64,000 bases of DNA from an uncultured Pseudomonadales bacterium. GTDB taxonomy: Bacteria > Patescibacteriota > Microgenomatia > UBA1400 > PJMF01. The position numbers and the translations under genes were made by a program. The stretch lies in the NCBI GenBank assembly GCA_964437755.1, contig CAYTIA010000005.1, positions 802 through 64,801 of the forward strand, given 5' to 3'. The notes under the pieces were generated by a model that made no database searches, was not told the DNA's origin, and was given only the letters and a program-made list of their open reading frames with translations. Shown here one piece after another: positions 1 through 10,335 of the stretch (positions are counted from its first letter, which is position 1; each line of letters starts with the position of its first letter).

Positions 1-549
1 AATCCACTCTTTTTGCCAGACGTGGTTTGTAAGAATATTTCTGGTGACAACTTGAGGATGATGGATTAGCAAGCACTCGAAAATAAACTGCTGTTTTCTA
101 GGAAGAAAAATAGGTTTTTTATAAAAGAATAAATGGTGAGTATTAAGATCAAACTTAAAATGACCTTTTCCAGAAAAGTAGCTTTCCTTTAAACAATCTC
201 TCCGAATTAGTGCATTGATTCTTGCCATAAGCTCATTTTTATTGAATGGCATTTTTATAAACTCATCTCCTCCACAGTTTAGAATTTGGGAAACCCTGTG
301 GTTTGAGTTGTTCTTCCCAATAGTTAGAATTGGAGCTTGGATTCCTTGCAATCTTATTTTTCTAATCAATCTTAAGCTAGTAAAATTACTGCTGAGGAGA
401 GCAACAATTACAATTTGATAGTGATTATTTGTGACTAAATTAAGTCCCTCGTCATAACTTTTTACGTAATCAACAAGATAGTGAGAATCCAACGCGATCT
501 TGGTTTTTAAAAGTGAATTACTCGTGGTTCCTATCATCAACAATCGCAT
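1..549 (-). CDS. OmpR/PhoB-family response regulator with atypical receiver domain (partial, runs off the left edge)
   Basis: Not in the ORF track; hand translation from ATG 549 is open to position 1: MRLLMIGTT...YQIVIVALL...APILTIG...CGGDEFIKMPFNKNELMARINALIRR...FLPRKQQFIFECLL...VVTRNILTNHVW, a receiver plus winged-helix pattern. Confidence 0.8.
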   Translation of the reverse strand, partial: MRLLMIGTTSNSLLKTKIALDSHYLVDYVKSYDEGLNLVTNNHYQIVIVALLSSNFTSLRLIRKIRLQGIQAPILTIGKNNSNHRVSQILNCGGDEFIKMPFNKNELMARINALIRRDCLKESYFSGKGHFKFDLNTHHLFFYKKPIFLPRKQQFIFECLLIHHPQVVTRNILTNHVWQKEWI

Positions 550-759
550 AGCTGGATTTCTATAAATAGCTAAAGTTGTTTAGAAGATGATTGTCTTTGT
601 CGGTTTATTTATCAACAAGAATTGTTTGTATCAAATTAATCATAAAAAAAACTTAAAAAAAATGCCAGTTTATGATCACAATGAGTATGATTTGATGTCA
701 GTGTTTATATGATCAGACACTTGAATGAAAATACTTGTTAGAGTAAAGTACTGATCAAC

Positions 760-1377
760 ATGATAAACCTTTTTTTAGCTCACCCCATACTTTTTTTAAT
801 AATTTTTCCTGGAATTTTGTTAACGATAGCTTTCCATGAATATGCTCATTGCTGGACGGCGGATAAGTTGGGCGATCCAACTCCAAGAGTGAAGGGGAGA
901 CTTACTCTAGATCCTCGAGCCCATCTTGATCCATTGGGGGTCTTAGCAATTTTATTGACTCGGTTTGGATGGGGAAAACCAGCACCATATGATCCTTTCA
1001 ATCTTAAAGATCCTGTTCGAGACACAGCTTTAATAGCAGCTTCTGGTGCACTAATTAATTTTTTAATAGCCTGGTTGTTGATAATTATTACTAAGGCTTT
1101 TCCAGTTTCAGGACTATGGTTAATGGCATTAGTACAATTAGCCGCCATAAACATATATTTAGCTCTTTTTAACCTTATTCCGGTTAAACCCCTCGATGGT
1201 TCAAAAGTATTATTTGCTTTGTTGCCAAAAGAGATGGCCATGGAGTATGAGCAAATAATGGATAAATTTGGGATGATGATTCTTTTGCTTTTAATTATCC
1301 CTTTTGCCGGTGGCCAGGCTCCTGTTGTGCAGTTAATCAGTCCTATTGCTGATTTTTTCTTGAACTTGATGTTTTAA
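760..1377 (+). CDS. Site-2 protease (peptidase M50) family membrane metalloprotease
   Basis: HEYAH zinc motif, GDPTP, FNLIPVKPLDG motif, hydrophobic helices. Confidence 0.92.
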   Translation: MINLFLAHPILFLIIFPGILLTIAFHEYAHCWTADKLGDPTPRVKGRLTLDPRAHLDPLGVLAILLTRFGWGKPAPYDPFNLKDPVRDTALIAASGALINFLIAWLLIIITKAFPVSGLWLMALVQLAAINIYLALFNLIPVKPLDGSKVLFALLPKEMAMEYEQIMDKFGMMILLLLIIPFAGGQAPVVQLISPIADFFLNLMF

Positions 1378-1437
1378 AGCCCTTAAAGATTCTTTGGTTT
1401 CGATAAAAAATTTAGGTTTATTTAGTAGAATAAAATT

Positions 1438-2694
1438 ATGATTGAAACAGGATCGCAAAGATTTCTTAAGAGCTCATCGGCTGAAATTGAAACACTCACT
1501 CAGCCATTTTTCCCAATTGGTTGTCCTGGAAAAGACGACACAGCCTGGATTGAAGTACAAACAAAAACACTTGAAGTTTATGAAACCCTTTTGTCTGATC
1601 TCAAAGAGAAAGGCTTAGAAGTAGGAGATATTAAGGATGCTCTCCCAAAAAATTATAGAAAAGTTGATTATTTTGTAGCAGACTATCATGCTCATGTGTC
1701 TCAAGTGTTACAGGTGATTAATAAGGTGTTGCTGAGCGTTGGAACTGAAGAACAAATCAATACTATTGTTTTTCTTGATAAGAGTGGCAGAATTGTAGCC
1801 CACTTGTTCAAATCTATGTGGAATGATTTAGTGAATATGGGGTTAATTAATAGGTCTGACAAATGTCCAAAGATCCGATTTTTAAATGATGGTTATGATA
1901 ACTGGCAGAAAAGGAAAAGAATTAGTTCTATGCATGTTATTGATTATATAAAAAGAATTGCGGGTAGGAGTAGTGTGTTAATTGTAGATGAAGTAATATC
2001 GTCTGGTACAACGATTCGCTCTGCATTAGATAATTTTGAGATTGCTGGGGTCAATATCTTGGGGGGTATGTCAGCTTACCACTTTACTCCTCAATGGTAT
2101 GGGGAAAATGATGGAGTTAAGGGAGTAGATGATGTACCCATACAAGAAGAAACCTATGATGCTTTTGAAAAGTTATCTGAGCGAGAGTTCATTTTTTTTA
2201 AAGATATTATTAACAGATTGAGAGAATCAAATTTATTTGAAGAAATTATCCCTCCTTTGATCCAAGGTAAACTAGATGGGATATCGGAGATGTTAGGACG
2301 TGAGCCTTTGAGTTTTTCGACAGAAGAGATAGAGAGAGTAAAGGACATCATTAATAAAATTAAATTTGATCTAATGAACGCTGCTCCATCTAGAGAGGGG
2401 AAACTAGATTATGCGGTAAAGCAAATTTTCTTGTATTTCAAATACTATGCTGGATATTTAGCACAACCCTTTAGTACATCAAAAGAGAGAAGAACAGGTT
2501 ATTTATACAGAAGAGTCTTAAGAGAGATGATTAGAGAATCTACAAAACATTTTTATCTAACCAAAGAAAAAGATGAGCAAGAATTTTCAGACACCGAGTC
2601 GTTCTGCAAGGATGATGTGTTAGAAATGATGGTGCAAACAGACGGAAAGTTAGCAAGATTGTTAAATATGATTAAGAATTTATTTAGTAAATAG
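1438..2694 (+). CDS. Hypothetical protein with phosphoribosyltransferase-like domain
   Basis: VLIVDEVISSGTT resembles the PRPP-binding loop; FLDKSGR upstream. Confidence 0.6.
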   Translation: MIETGSQRFLKSSSAEIETLTQPFFPIGCPGKDDTAWIEVQTKTLEVYETLLSDLKEKGLEVGDIKDALPKNYRKVDYFVADYHAHVSQVLQVINKVLLSVGTEEQINTIVFLDKSGRIVAHLFKSMWNDLVNMGLINRSDKCPKIRFLNDGYDNWQKRKRISSMHVIDYIKRIAGRSSVLIVDEVISSGTTIRSALDNFEIAGVNILGGMSAYHFTPQWYGENDGVKGVDDVPIQEETYDAFEKLSEREFIFFKDIINRLRESNLFEEIIPPLIQGKLDGISEMLGREPLSFSTEEIERVKDIINKIKFDLMNAAPSREGKLDYAVKQIFLYFKYYAGYLAQPFSTSKERRTGYLYRRVLREMIRESTKHFYLTKEKDEQEFSDTESFCKDDVLEMMVQTDGKLARLLNMIKNLFSK

Positions 2695-2717
2695 CGGGTG
2701 TTTAATCTTTACTCCTA

Positions 2718-2746
2718 TTTACATCTAAAAACTTGGATGATACAAT
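2718..2746 (+). promoter_or_regulatory. Putative sigma70 promoter of rpmB
   Basis: TTTACA-17 nt-TACAAT with extended TG, 9 nt before ATG 2756. Confidence 0.5.
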
Positions 2747-2755
2747 CTCTCAGTT

Positions 2756-2989
2756 ATGAAAAGTTATGATCTCAAATATCCATCGGTGGCAAGCATTGGT
2801 CACAATGTTTCTCACGCTAAAAATAGAACCTCTCGTGCTTTTAAGAGAAATTTGCACACTGTAACCCTAATGGTTGACGGTATTCGTAAGCGCTATAAGG
2901 TTCCTACAAAAGTGTTACGAGTCATGAAAAAACAGGGAGTAACTACTCACTGGAAAAATCCTCTTGTAGATTCAAAAGCGACCGATTAA
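2756..2989 (+). CDS. rpmB: 50S ribosomal protein L28
   Basis: GHNVSHAKNRTSRAFKRNL motif. Confidence 0.92.
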   Translation: MKSYDLKYPSVASIGHNVSHAKNRTSRAFKRNLHTVTLMVDGIRKRYKVPTKVLRVMKKQGVTTHWKNPLVDSKATD

Positions 2990-3975
2990 TACTGTTTTTC
3001 TTGATCTATTACCACGTTTTTTACCTGATTCCAGCTAGATATTTCTTGACCCTCAATTTTAACTCTTTCAAGAATAAGTTTACTGTTTAAGCCTTCTGCT
3101 AGAACATTACACTCAAAAATTTGCATTCTTTTCTCTCCCTTTGTTGTTGGAATGGTTGTCCAGAGTAATGGCCAAGGTTGGAAAGCTTGGCAAGCACGAG
3201 CTACAACTTCGGGCCAGAGTTCAGAAGAAGTTTGTTGAAGCACATCTTTAATAAGAGATTCTTCCAATGAACTACAGTCAGCGAATACTTGCTGATTATT
3301 GAATAAACTTGATAGAAACTTCCAACTAATAAAAGCATCGTTTTTCAAGATTTTTCTGGCATAAGGAGTGGGTGAAGCAATGGGCTGCGTCTTTTCTTGT
3401 TTTGGGTTTTGTTGATATTGGTCAATCCAATTAGCCATATGATTACAAACTAACTCAAAACTATGTTGATAATAATTTTCGGCGTTCCAGCTCTCTTCAA
3501 CAAGAAATTCAACTTGATTGATTATTGGCCCAGCATCAAGTTCTGAAGTAATTCTAATTAGTGTAACTGCTGATTTTTTGTCTCCATGAAGAATGACAAA
3601 CTGTCCTGGTGAACTACCTCGCCATTTGGGTAGAGCAGACGGATGGATGTTTATAGGGGTTAGTTTAGGAAATGATAAAAGCCAGTTGGGAATAAAGTAT
3701 CCAAAATCAACGACTAATAAAAAATCTGGTTGTGGGAAATCAGGATTAATCTGATCAATTTTTTTATCAATCAATTGAAAATTAATTTGATTTTTGATTG
3801 CCCACTGATGAAGTGGATTGCTGAATATCTCTTGTTTTCTACCTACTTTTTTGGGAGAAGGGGTTAAGATCCAGCAGATATTGAATCTTGAATCATTAGC
3901 AAGAGCTTGAGCTACCATTAAGCTGTGTTTGGTGCTACCAGCTATGGCTATCTGTATTGTTGGGGAGATGCTCAT
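2986..3975 (-). CDS. fmt: Methionyl-tRNA formyltransferase
   Basis: NIHPSALPKWRGSSP, LDAGPI; adjacent to def. Confidence 0.9.
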   Translation of the reverse strand: MSISPTIQIAIAGSTKHSLMVAQALANDSRFNICWILTPSPKKVGRKQEIFSNPLHQWAIKNQINFQLIDKKIDQINPDFPQPDFLLVVDFGYFIPNWLLSFPKLTPINIHPSALPKWRGSSPGQFVILHGDKKSAVTLIRITSELDAGPIINQVEFLVEESWNAENYYQHSFELVCNHMANWIDQYQQNPKQEKTQPIASPTPYARKILKNDAFISWKFLSSLFNNQQVFADCSSLEESLIKDVLQQTSSELWPEVVARACQAFQPWPLLWTTIPTTKGEKRMQIFECNVLAEGLNSKLILERVKIEGQEISSWNQVKNVVIDQEKQY

Positions 3976-3983
3976 GTTATTGA

Positions 3984-4550
3984 CTAAAAAGATTTTAGTA
4001 ACTGTCTGTCTTCAAAAGGGATGAGTTGATCATTTTCGACTAAATAAATCGGTAGTCTGTGTTTTAGGACGTGATCGGTAAACAAAATGCCATTGAGATG
4101 ATCAATTTCATGTTGAACAATTCTAGCTTTATAGTCTTTAAAAACTTGTTTCTTAGTAATGAGTTTGTCACCTTCGACAATTTGATATTCCATCTCAACC
4201 CAGCTCCAACGAGGAACTGCCCCAAATAGTCTTGGTACTGAAAGGCATCCCTCTAAATCTGGTTTTTTAGAATTTCTGCCCACAACCATTTCATTACTAT
4301 GTGAAATAATCTTAGGATTAAAAAAGACTTTAACTGAATCTAGGCCTTTTTTATTTTTGTCAGGTCTGTAGGCAAAACCGCTAATTGACTTGTTGATTTG
4401 GGGGAAAGCTAGACCTACTCCCTCAGGATCTTTTTCAAGAAATAAACTTTCAATCAACAACTTAATATTTTGTTGCAGTTTTTTATCTACGACGATGACA
4501 GTTTTAGCCACTTTTCTTAAAGTTGGATGTGGTGCGGTAATGACATTCAT
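3984..4550 (-). CDS. def: Peptide deformylase
   Basis: GVGLAFPQ, EGCLS and QHEIDHLNG motifs; start chosen at MNVIT (4550), track start 4568. Confidence 0.95.
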   Translation of the reverse strand: MNVITAPHPTLRKVAKTVIVVDKKLQQNIKLLIESLFLEKDPEGVGLAFPQINKSISGFAYRPDKNKKGLDSVKVFFNPKIISHSNEMVVGRNSKKPDLEGCLSVPRLFGAVPRWSWVEMEYQIVEGDKLITKKQVFKDYKARIVQHEIDHLNGILFTDHVLKHRLPIYLVENDQLIPFEDRQLLKSF

Positions 4551-4557
4551 GCGCCTA

Positions 4558-5232
4558 TTATAACTCAACAGATATTTGATAATCAGAAAGTTCTAATACT
4601 TTTTCCTCAATTTGATGCTGAGAAAGAGATTTCAGATCAATCTTTGTGTGTTGATTTAGTTGATCCTCTAACTGAGTTGACCAGTTTAGCCATTTTTTAT
4701 AAAGAGAGTTATTATTCCAATCTGGATTCCGGTGACAGTATCTTTCTTTGAGATTTTTAATTCTTTGAGTGACAGACACAATTCCCCATGGAGCTACTCT
4801 TAAATCGGAATAAAAAACAATTTTCTCATTCCAGTTTTCTGAGTCTAGTAGTGTTGGTAAAAAATCAAATGAGTGATTATCAAGAAGCTGGATAATCTGT
4901 TTATCTACACGTAGTTTTTTGAGAATGAGAATGTTGGCAATATCCGCATTGTCTCCATAAAGATCAATCATCTGTTTTTGAACAATAACGAGTTTTTCTA
5001 GTTCTTGTTTCGAATATAATTTTTTGACTTGGCTAGAGCCAAGCTCAAACTTAATTACATTACCAATGTCGTGAAGAAGTAGGGCAGAAATGACCTGGTT
5101 TTGATCAATAGCTGATCCTGACCAGTTCTCAATAGCTAAGGCTCCAATTGAGGTTACCCACAACATATGCATGGCGAGATTTTTTGGGATATGAAATTTC
5201 AGGTAAATTTGGTTAATTGGAACTTTTTTCAT
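4558..5232 (-). CDS. HD-domain protein
   Basis: H...LLHDIGN...H...YSD metal-binding pattern. Confidence 0.75.
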   Translation of the reverse strand: MKKVPINQIYLKFHIPKNLAMHMLWVTSIGALAIENWSGSAIDQNQVISALLLHDIGNVIKFELGSSQVKKLYSKQELEKLVIVQKQMIDLYGDNADIANILILKKLRVDKQIIQLLDNHSFDFLPTLLDSENWNEKIVFYSDLRVAPWGIVSVTQRIKNLKERYCHRNPDWNNNSLYKKWLNWSTQLEDQLNQHTKIDLKSLSQHQIEEKVLELSDYQISVEL

Positions 5233-5247
5233 TGTCTAAAGATAATT

Positions 5248-7404
5248 TTAACACTCTAATAGATTAACTTTTTGTTTGAGGTTTTGATCGTTGGGAATAA
5301 TATTTTTCAAAATATATTTGTATTGTTCTTTTGCTTGTAGGCAGTCTCCACTCTCCTCGAATATTTGTCCAAGTTTATAACGGGCCTCGTGATAATTTGG
5401 CTTGAGTTCGATTGCTTTAATAATTGTATTTATAGAATCTTCTTGTTTACCCATAGATAACTCTATCTTTGCTTGATGAAAAACTAGTTTTGGATGTGTG
5501 GGTGCCATTTTTTGAGCTGTTAGCAGAGTTTTGTGGGCATCTTCTAGATAAGAAATATCAATTAGGGCTAGTTTTGAAAAAATACTGGCTCTTGTTTGAT
5601 AAAAGTTTAGATGAACAGAGTTTAGTTCAAGAGTTTTATCGCTTGTTTTGATTGCAAGATCGGCAAACTCTCTCGCAAGCTCGGGGTTTTCTAGTTGCAG
5701 AAACTCGACGGCTATTGAGGCATAGGTATTAGCCAACTCATCATAAAACAATGCTTCTTTTGGAGATAAAAGAATGGCTTTTTGTAGGTAATCTACTCCA
5801 GATTGATACTCTGATGCCTGGATTAATGTTTTACCTTTAGTAAAAAAATAATCTGCTTGCCAAATGCTGGCAACAGAAATCAATGAATGAACTGTAATTA
5901 ATGACAAGCAGATCAGGGTTAGTAATTGAAAGAGAGTTGGCTTTTGATCAAGTTGGGTCTTTTTTATTGTGCGGGGGCAAGAGAGAATTGCTAGATAAGC
6001 AAACAGTAAGTAGTTTAGTACACCAATCATAACAGTAGAAAACCCAAAAAAGTTGGTGATATTGATCGCCAAAATACTTAAGATTATGACAAAAAGCTCT
6101 GTTTGTCTTTGTTGATTGACACTAAATTTCTCTATCAATTTTATAGCAAGAACAATACTGACAATTTGTACAATTAAATATGAGATTAATCCCACCAAAC
6201 CAGTATTTGCTAAGGTATTGAGAAGTTCATTGTGTGCTTTGTTGTACAAAAAATCCCATTCTGACAGAGTGTTGTGCTCAAGAGGGCGGTCAAGGTAATA
6301 GCTATAAGCAAAAGTTTCTGGACCAGAACCAAAAACTGGATATCTTTGCCAGATTTTTATAGCTCCTTTCCAGACAACTAAACGAATATTTTCCGAAGGA
6401 GTAATTAAAACTCCTTGGTCCGTGCTGCTGTTGGCTAAAAATTGCTGAGAGAAAGAGTTTTCTTTGATTAATCCTACTATTTTAATATGGCTAAGTATTG
6501 GTAATGAGGGAAGAGGAAAGTTAACAAATACGAGCGTGGTCACTAGAAAAAATCCTAGCAGAATCAGCATTATTTTTTGTTTTTGTTCAAACAATTTTAG
6601 AAAAAAGCCAACAATCTTCTTTTTATACTTAAAGACAAAGAATAGAACTGTAGAAAATGTTACCGCCAGTATCCCAGAACGTGATTGAGTAAAAATAGTG
6701 GCAATGAAAATGAAGATTGACCCGCACAGCCAAAACATTTTTTGAGTTTTATGGCTAAAAAATTCAGCTGATTTTTCTTGGAGAAAATAATAGTACAAAG
6801 AAAAAGGAAAGAGTGTTGCCAGATATGCTGCTAACCAATTTGGTTGTCCGAAAGTAGCGAATACTCTTGATTGCACATCCTGAACCCAACAACTTACATC
6901 AAATTTTTGTCTTAATAGAATACAACTTGGGGAAACACCAAGTTTTTCAGGTATGGCATAGACACTTACAATTATTGAGGCAATTAATGCTGATTTAATC
7001 AATGTTTGAATCTGTTTTTGATTAAAGTTGTTAACAATTAAGAAAAAATGAAATGAGTAAACGATTGTTGACAACAGTCCTCCGTGAAATCTGGTGTAAT
7101 AACCAAAAAACGAGGTTCTGGGATGAATAGAAAAAATTGTGGAGATGACTTGACTTAACAAGAATATTAATATGGGTAAATTGAGTAGATTTTGTTTAAA
7201 CCTTATTTTTTTATTTAGTATTATTTGAGTAAGCCATAATAAAGCTAGTTGAGTTGTAAAGAAATAAACTACCTGCATCTTGTTAAACTCAAATAACTCT
7301 TCGTTTACACTTGTAAAAATAAATGGAGTTACTATTACAGATAAGTTTGTTAAAAAGAAAGTTAATCTTCTAATTATTAATGTATTTTTTTTCATTATTT
7401 TCAT
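5248..7404 (-). CDS. O-antigen ligase / O-oligosaccharyltransferase family membrane protein with C-terminal TPR repeats
   Basis: Many TM helices, RVFATFGQPNWLA, TQSRSG, GSGPETF, AHNELL; TPR-like tail. Start uncertain (7404 or 7395; track start 7455). Confidence 0.85.
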   Translation of the reverse strand: MKIMKKNTLIIRRLTFFLTNLSVIVTPFIFTSVNEELFEFNKMQVVYFFTTQLALLWLTQIILNKKIRFKQNLLNLPILIFLLSQVISTIFSIHPRTSFFGYYTRFHGGLLSTIVYSFHFFLIVNNFNQKQIQTLIKSALIASIIVSVYAIPEKLGVSPSCILLRQKFDVSCWVQDVQSRVFATFGQPNWLAAYLATLFPFSLYYYFLQEKSAEFFSHKTQKMFWLCGSIFIFIATIFTQSRSGILAVTFSTVLFFVFKYKKKIVGFFLKLFEQKQKIMLILLGFFLVTTLVFVNFPLPSLPILSHIKIVGLIKENSFSQQFLANSSTDQGVLITPSENIRLVVWKGAIKIWQRYPVFGSGPETFAYSYYLDRPLEHNTLSEWDFLYNKAHNELLNTLANTGLVGLISYLIVQIVSIVLAIKLIEKFSVNQQRQTELFVIILSILAINITNFFGFSTVMIGVLNYLLFAYLAILSCPRTIKKTQLDQKPTLFQLLTLICLSLITVHSLISVASIWQADYFFTKGKTLIQASEYQSGVDYLQKAILLSPKEALFYDELANTYASIAVEFLQLENPELAREFADLAIKTSDKTLELNSVHLNFYQTRASIFSKLALIDISYLEDAHKTLLTAQKMAPTHPKLVFHQAKIELSMGKQEDSINTIIKAIELKPNYHEARYKLGQIFEESGDCLQAKEQYKYILKNIIPNDQNLKQKVNLLEC

Positions 7405-7568
7405 TGTCTTGATTTTAATTATACTCCGTGAGGTTCTTTTAGGAAAAAATATCAAACTAAAACTCCTAAGAAAATAATTCTTGATGTGCTGCTTCTTGTG
7501 CTTATGTATTTAAATGATTTATAGTAAAGATATAAGTATTCTTTTCTACTTTTATTAAGAAATTCCCA

Positions 7569-10163
7569 ATGCAAACAGATAATTTTTTACATCAACCTCC
7601 ACAAAATCTAAATCCCAATAGTAGTAGTCTTCAAACAACTCAATCAGTTTTTGGTCAACATTCTCAACCAGAACAGCAGGAAACAACAAAATTTAGAAGA
7701 AATCAAGGTGATTTTTCAAGAAATAAATCAAAACTTTTTTTAGGTGGATTAGTTCTTTCATTGTTTATGGTTGCTGGAGGTGTGGCCTACCATTTATCTC
7801 AACAAGCAGGAATTGGTGAGATCAGACAACAAGCTAGTGTTGGCTCAGAGGGTTGGATTGCCTTTTCTGCCAAAACAGCTACTGGCACAACTCAAATCTT
7901 CTCCATGAAAGAAGATAATGGAGATTTTAAGGTACTATCATCAGAAATAAATGGCGAATCTTCGAAACATGTTTCTTATTCTCCTGACGGAAGTAAGGCT
8001 GTTTATACTTCCAATAAATCTGGCTCATGGAATATTTACATGATGGATTCCGACGGAGGAAATGAAGAACAGTTAACTACTGACGGAGGAGCTTTCTATC
8101 CAAGTTTTTCTCCTGACGGAAGTAAAGTTGTGTATGTGTTTGAAACCTCTATTGGACCAGCAATAAGTTCGCAAATCAGAGTTAAAAATATTGGAGGATC
8201 AATAACTCCCTTAACAGATGCAGTTCAGGCTAAAATTCATAACCCTCTTTTGATTCAGGGCGGAAGCAAGTTAATTTTTTCTTCAACTCAGATGGGTGGA
8301 ATACCACAAATTTTTTCTTACAATTTAGGAGTTGAAAATTCACCAATTAATCAGCTGACGACATCTGGAGGAAAGCATCCTTCAATGCTTAACAATAATA
8401 CAATTATGTTTGTTGCTCCGATTGACGGAGTTGATCAAATATTTTCCATTGGAATTGACGGCGGGAATTTAACTCAATTGACTTTTGATACAACTTCCCA
8501 TTATGGATATCCTGTGATATCTCCTGATGGTACTCATATAGCTTATGTTGCTTGGAATATTGGGGAGATTCTTCCCACAGTTGCTCCAACAACACCTCCT
8601 ACGGTAGCTCCCACAGCTATTCCCACAGTTGCTCCAACTCCTACAGATGTACCTTGGTGTCTTGCAAGAGGAGAAGAATGTTACAATGGATATTCTGAGG
8701 GTACCTGTTGCTCTGGCTTGTTCTGTAGCTATGATACTGACAATTGTGAGTGTATAGATTCAAACAACTGTCCAGCTCTACCAACAACAACTCCTACGGT
8801 TGCTCCTACAGCTATTCCCACAACAGCGCCTACTCTTACTCCAGTTCCTCACTTGACAATAGCGCCGACAATCCCTGAAGGATCTTGTACAGGCCAGTGT
8901 TTAGGTTCTCCCGGATTTGAGTGTCCAGGAGGAAGTTTTGTCTGTAGCCCAGATGGTTTGGGTTCTTGTAGTTGGACTTGTGGCCAAGGTGATGTTATGG
9001 GAGTAAATACAGCTGACTATCAAATTGTAATTGAAAACTTGAATACTGGTGAGGCTTGGGAGTTTTCACAACCTCATTTGTGGCAAGATGAGTACGTCAA
9101 TAGTGATGAAACAATGTTGTCTCCCAATTCGTGGGTAATTAATTCTCAAACGCCAACAATTTCTCCAGGATTATCTCCAACTGGTCAGCCTGAAGAGCTT
9201 TCATGTGGTGAGTTTGGCTGCATTAGCAACAATGATTGTGAGGGGGATTTAACTTGTGCTGTTTTTGGAGATAATGAAAGAGGTTATTGTAGTGAACAAG
9301 TAAATTTAGATGCTTGTTTAGCTGAGCCAAGTTTAGAGACTTGTTGCGATGAGCCAGCAATATTGACTCCTGATCCAACAAGCGCTCTTACTCCAACTGT
9401 TGTTCCAGAAACATCTCCAACACCGGGCATCTCTGAGCCAGAGGGTAGTGTCGATCTAACTTTATCAATTTCTCTAGACGGGGTACCTTATTGCGAAAAT
9501 ATTGGCACAACATGTTTGGGTAATTCTGACTGTCAAGAAAACAATTTCTGCATTTTGGGAAACTGTTCAGCTTGTTATCACCCCATTTCTTCACACCCAG
9601 CTTTTAGTGGAGGTCAGAGAATAATAAATACCAACGTAACAATACTTCATGCAAAAGCAGGAATTTTTACTAAGAACAATGTGGAATTCGTTTATTCAGA
9701 ACAATCTAGAGCGTTCTCAAATTCAAGTCCAGTAACTTTTGATAATCTGCCAGAAGGCCCCTTCATGATTTATGTTAAGGGTCCAATGCATATGGCAACA
9801 CAATACTGTTATTCTGGGGCTGGAATTAATAACGTTTGTAATTATGAAAGTTTGTTGGCTGCTAATAATATATATCCAACCGTAACACCTCATTTTATTT
9901 ATTTAATACATGGGGCAAACAGTTTGGATTTATCGGCTCGATCTGTTCGAGTAGGAGACTTACCAATTTCTGGTGAGGCTCAGAATGTTCAGGATGGAAA
10001 AGTAAATGTTTTTGATTATTCATTCATGCTTTCTTGTTTGGGAAATAATAGTAAAACCGAGTTTTGTCTTTCTAGAGCTGACGTGGATTTTTCAGGTCAA
10101 GTGAATAATATTGACCTAGGGCTTCTTCGAAAAGCATTTATTGAAACAGTTGATCAAATATAG
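7569..10163 (+). CDS. Large membrane-anchored surface protein: TolB/PD40 beta-propeller, Pro/Thr linkers, Cys-rich modules, C-terminal dockerin-like EF-hand pair
   Basis: One N-terminal TM helix, repeated SPDG blades, PTVAPT repeats, DGKVNVFDY and ADVDFSGQVNNIDL. Confidence 0.8.
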   Translation: MQTDNFLHQPPQNLNPNSSSLQTTQSVFGQHSQPEQQETTKFRRNQGDFSRNKSKLFLGGLVLSLFMVAGGVAYHLSQQAGIGEIRQQASVGSEGWIAFSAKTATGTTQIFSMKEDNGDFKVLSSEINGESSKHVSYSPDGSKAVYTSNKSGSWNIYMMDSDGGNEEQLTTDGGAFYPSFSPDGSKVVYVFETSIGPAISSQIRVKNIGGSITPLTDAVQAKIHNPLLIQGGSKLIFSSTQMGGIPQIFSYNLGVENSPINQLTTSGGKHPSMLNNNTIMFVAPIDGVDQIFSIGIDGGNLTQLTFDTTSHYGYPVISPDGTHIAYVAWNIGEILPTVAPTTPPTVAPTAIPTVAPTPTDVPWCLARGEECYNGYSEGTCCSGLFCSYDTDNCECIDSNNCPALPTTTPTVAPTAIPTTAPTLTPVPHLTIAPTIPEGSCTGQCLGSPGFECPGGSFVCSPDGLGSCSWTCGQGDVMGVNTADYQIVIENLNTGEAWEFSQPHLWQDEYVNSDETMLSPNSWVINSQTPTISPGLSPTGQPEELSCGEFGCISNNDCEGDLTCAVFGDNERGYCSEQVNLDACLAEPSLETCCDEPAILTPDPTSALTPTVVPETSPTPGISEPEGSVDLTLSISLDGVPYCENIGTTCLGNSDCQENNFCILGNCSACYHPISSHPAFSGGQRIINTNVTILHAKAGIFTKNNVEFVYSEQSRAFSNSSPVTFDNLPEGPFMIYVKGPMHMATQYCYSGAGINNVCNYESLLAANNIYPTVTPHFIYLIHGANSLDLSARSVRVGDLPISGEAQNVQDGKVNVFDYSFMLSCLGNNSKTEFCLSRADVDFSGQVNNIDLGLLRKAFIETVDQI
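8572..8822 (+). repeat. Direct repeats encoding Pro/Thr linkers
   Basis: 42-nt repeat at 8586-8627 and 8781-8822 (3 mismatches); 19-nt perfect repeat ttcccacagttgctccaac at 8572-8590 and 8620-8638. Confidence 0.85.
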
Positions 10164-10335
10164 AGAATTCAGATATTCTGGCCAAGAACCTTACAGAAAG
10201 TAGAAATATTTTTTTTTACTTCTTCCCACAGTTCAGTGATTTCTGATATATTAATTATAGAACCAGGAACTGTTTGGTGTCTTTTAAATCACCATTCATC
10301 AACCTTGGGATCATTACTAATAAAGAAAACTGCCT

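Noticed and set aside
215-418. 67-aa plus-strand ORF from the track
   Set aside because: Antisense shadow of the response regulator encoded on the minus strand (1-549)
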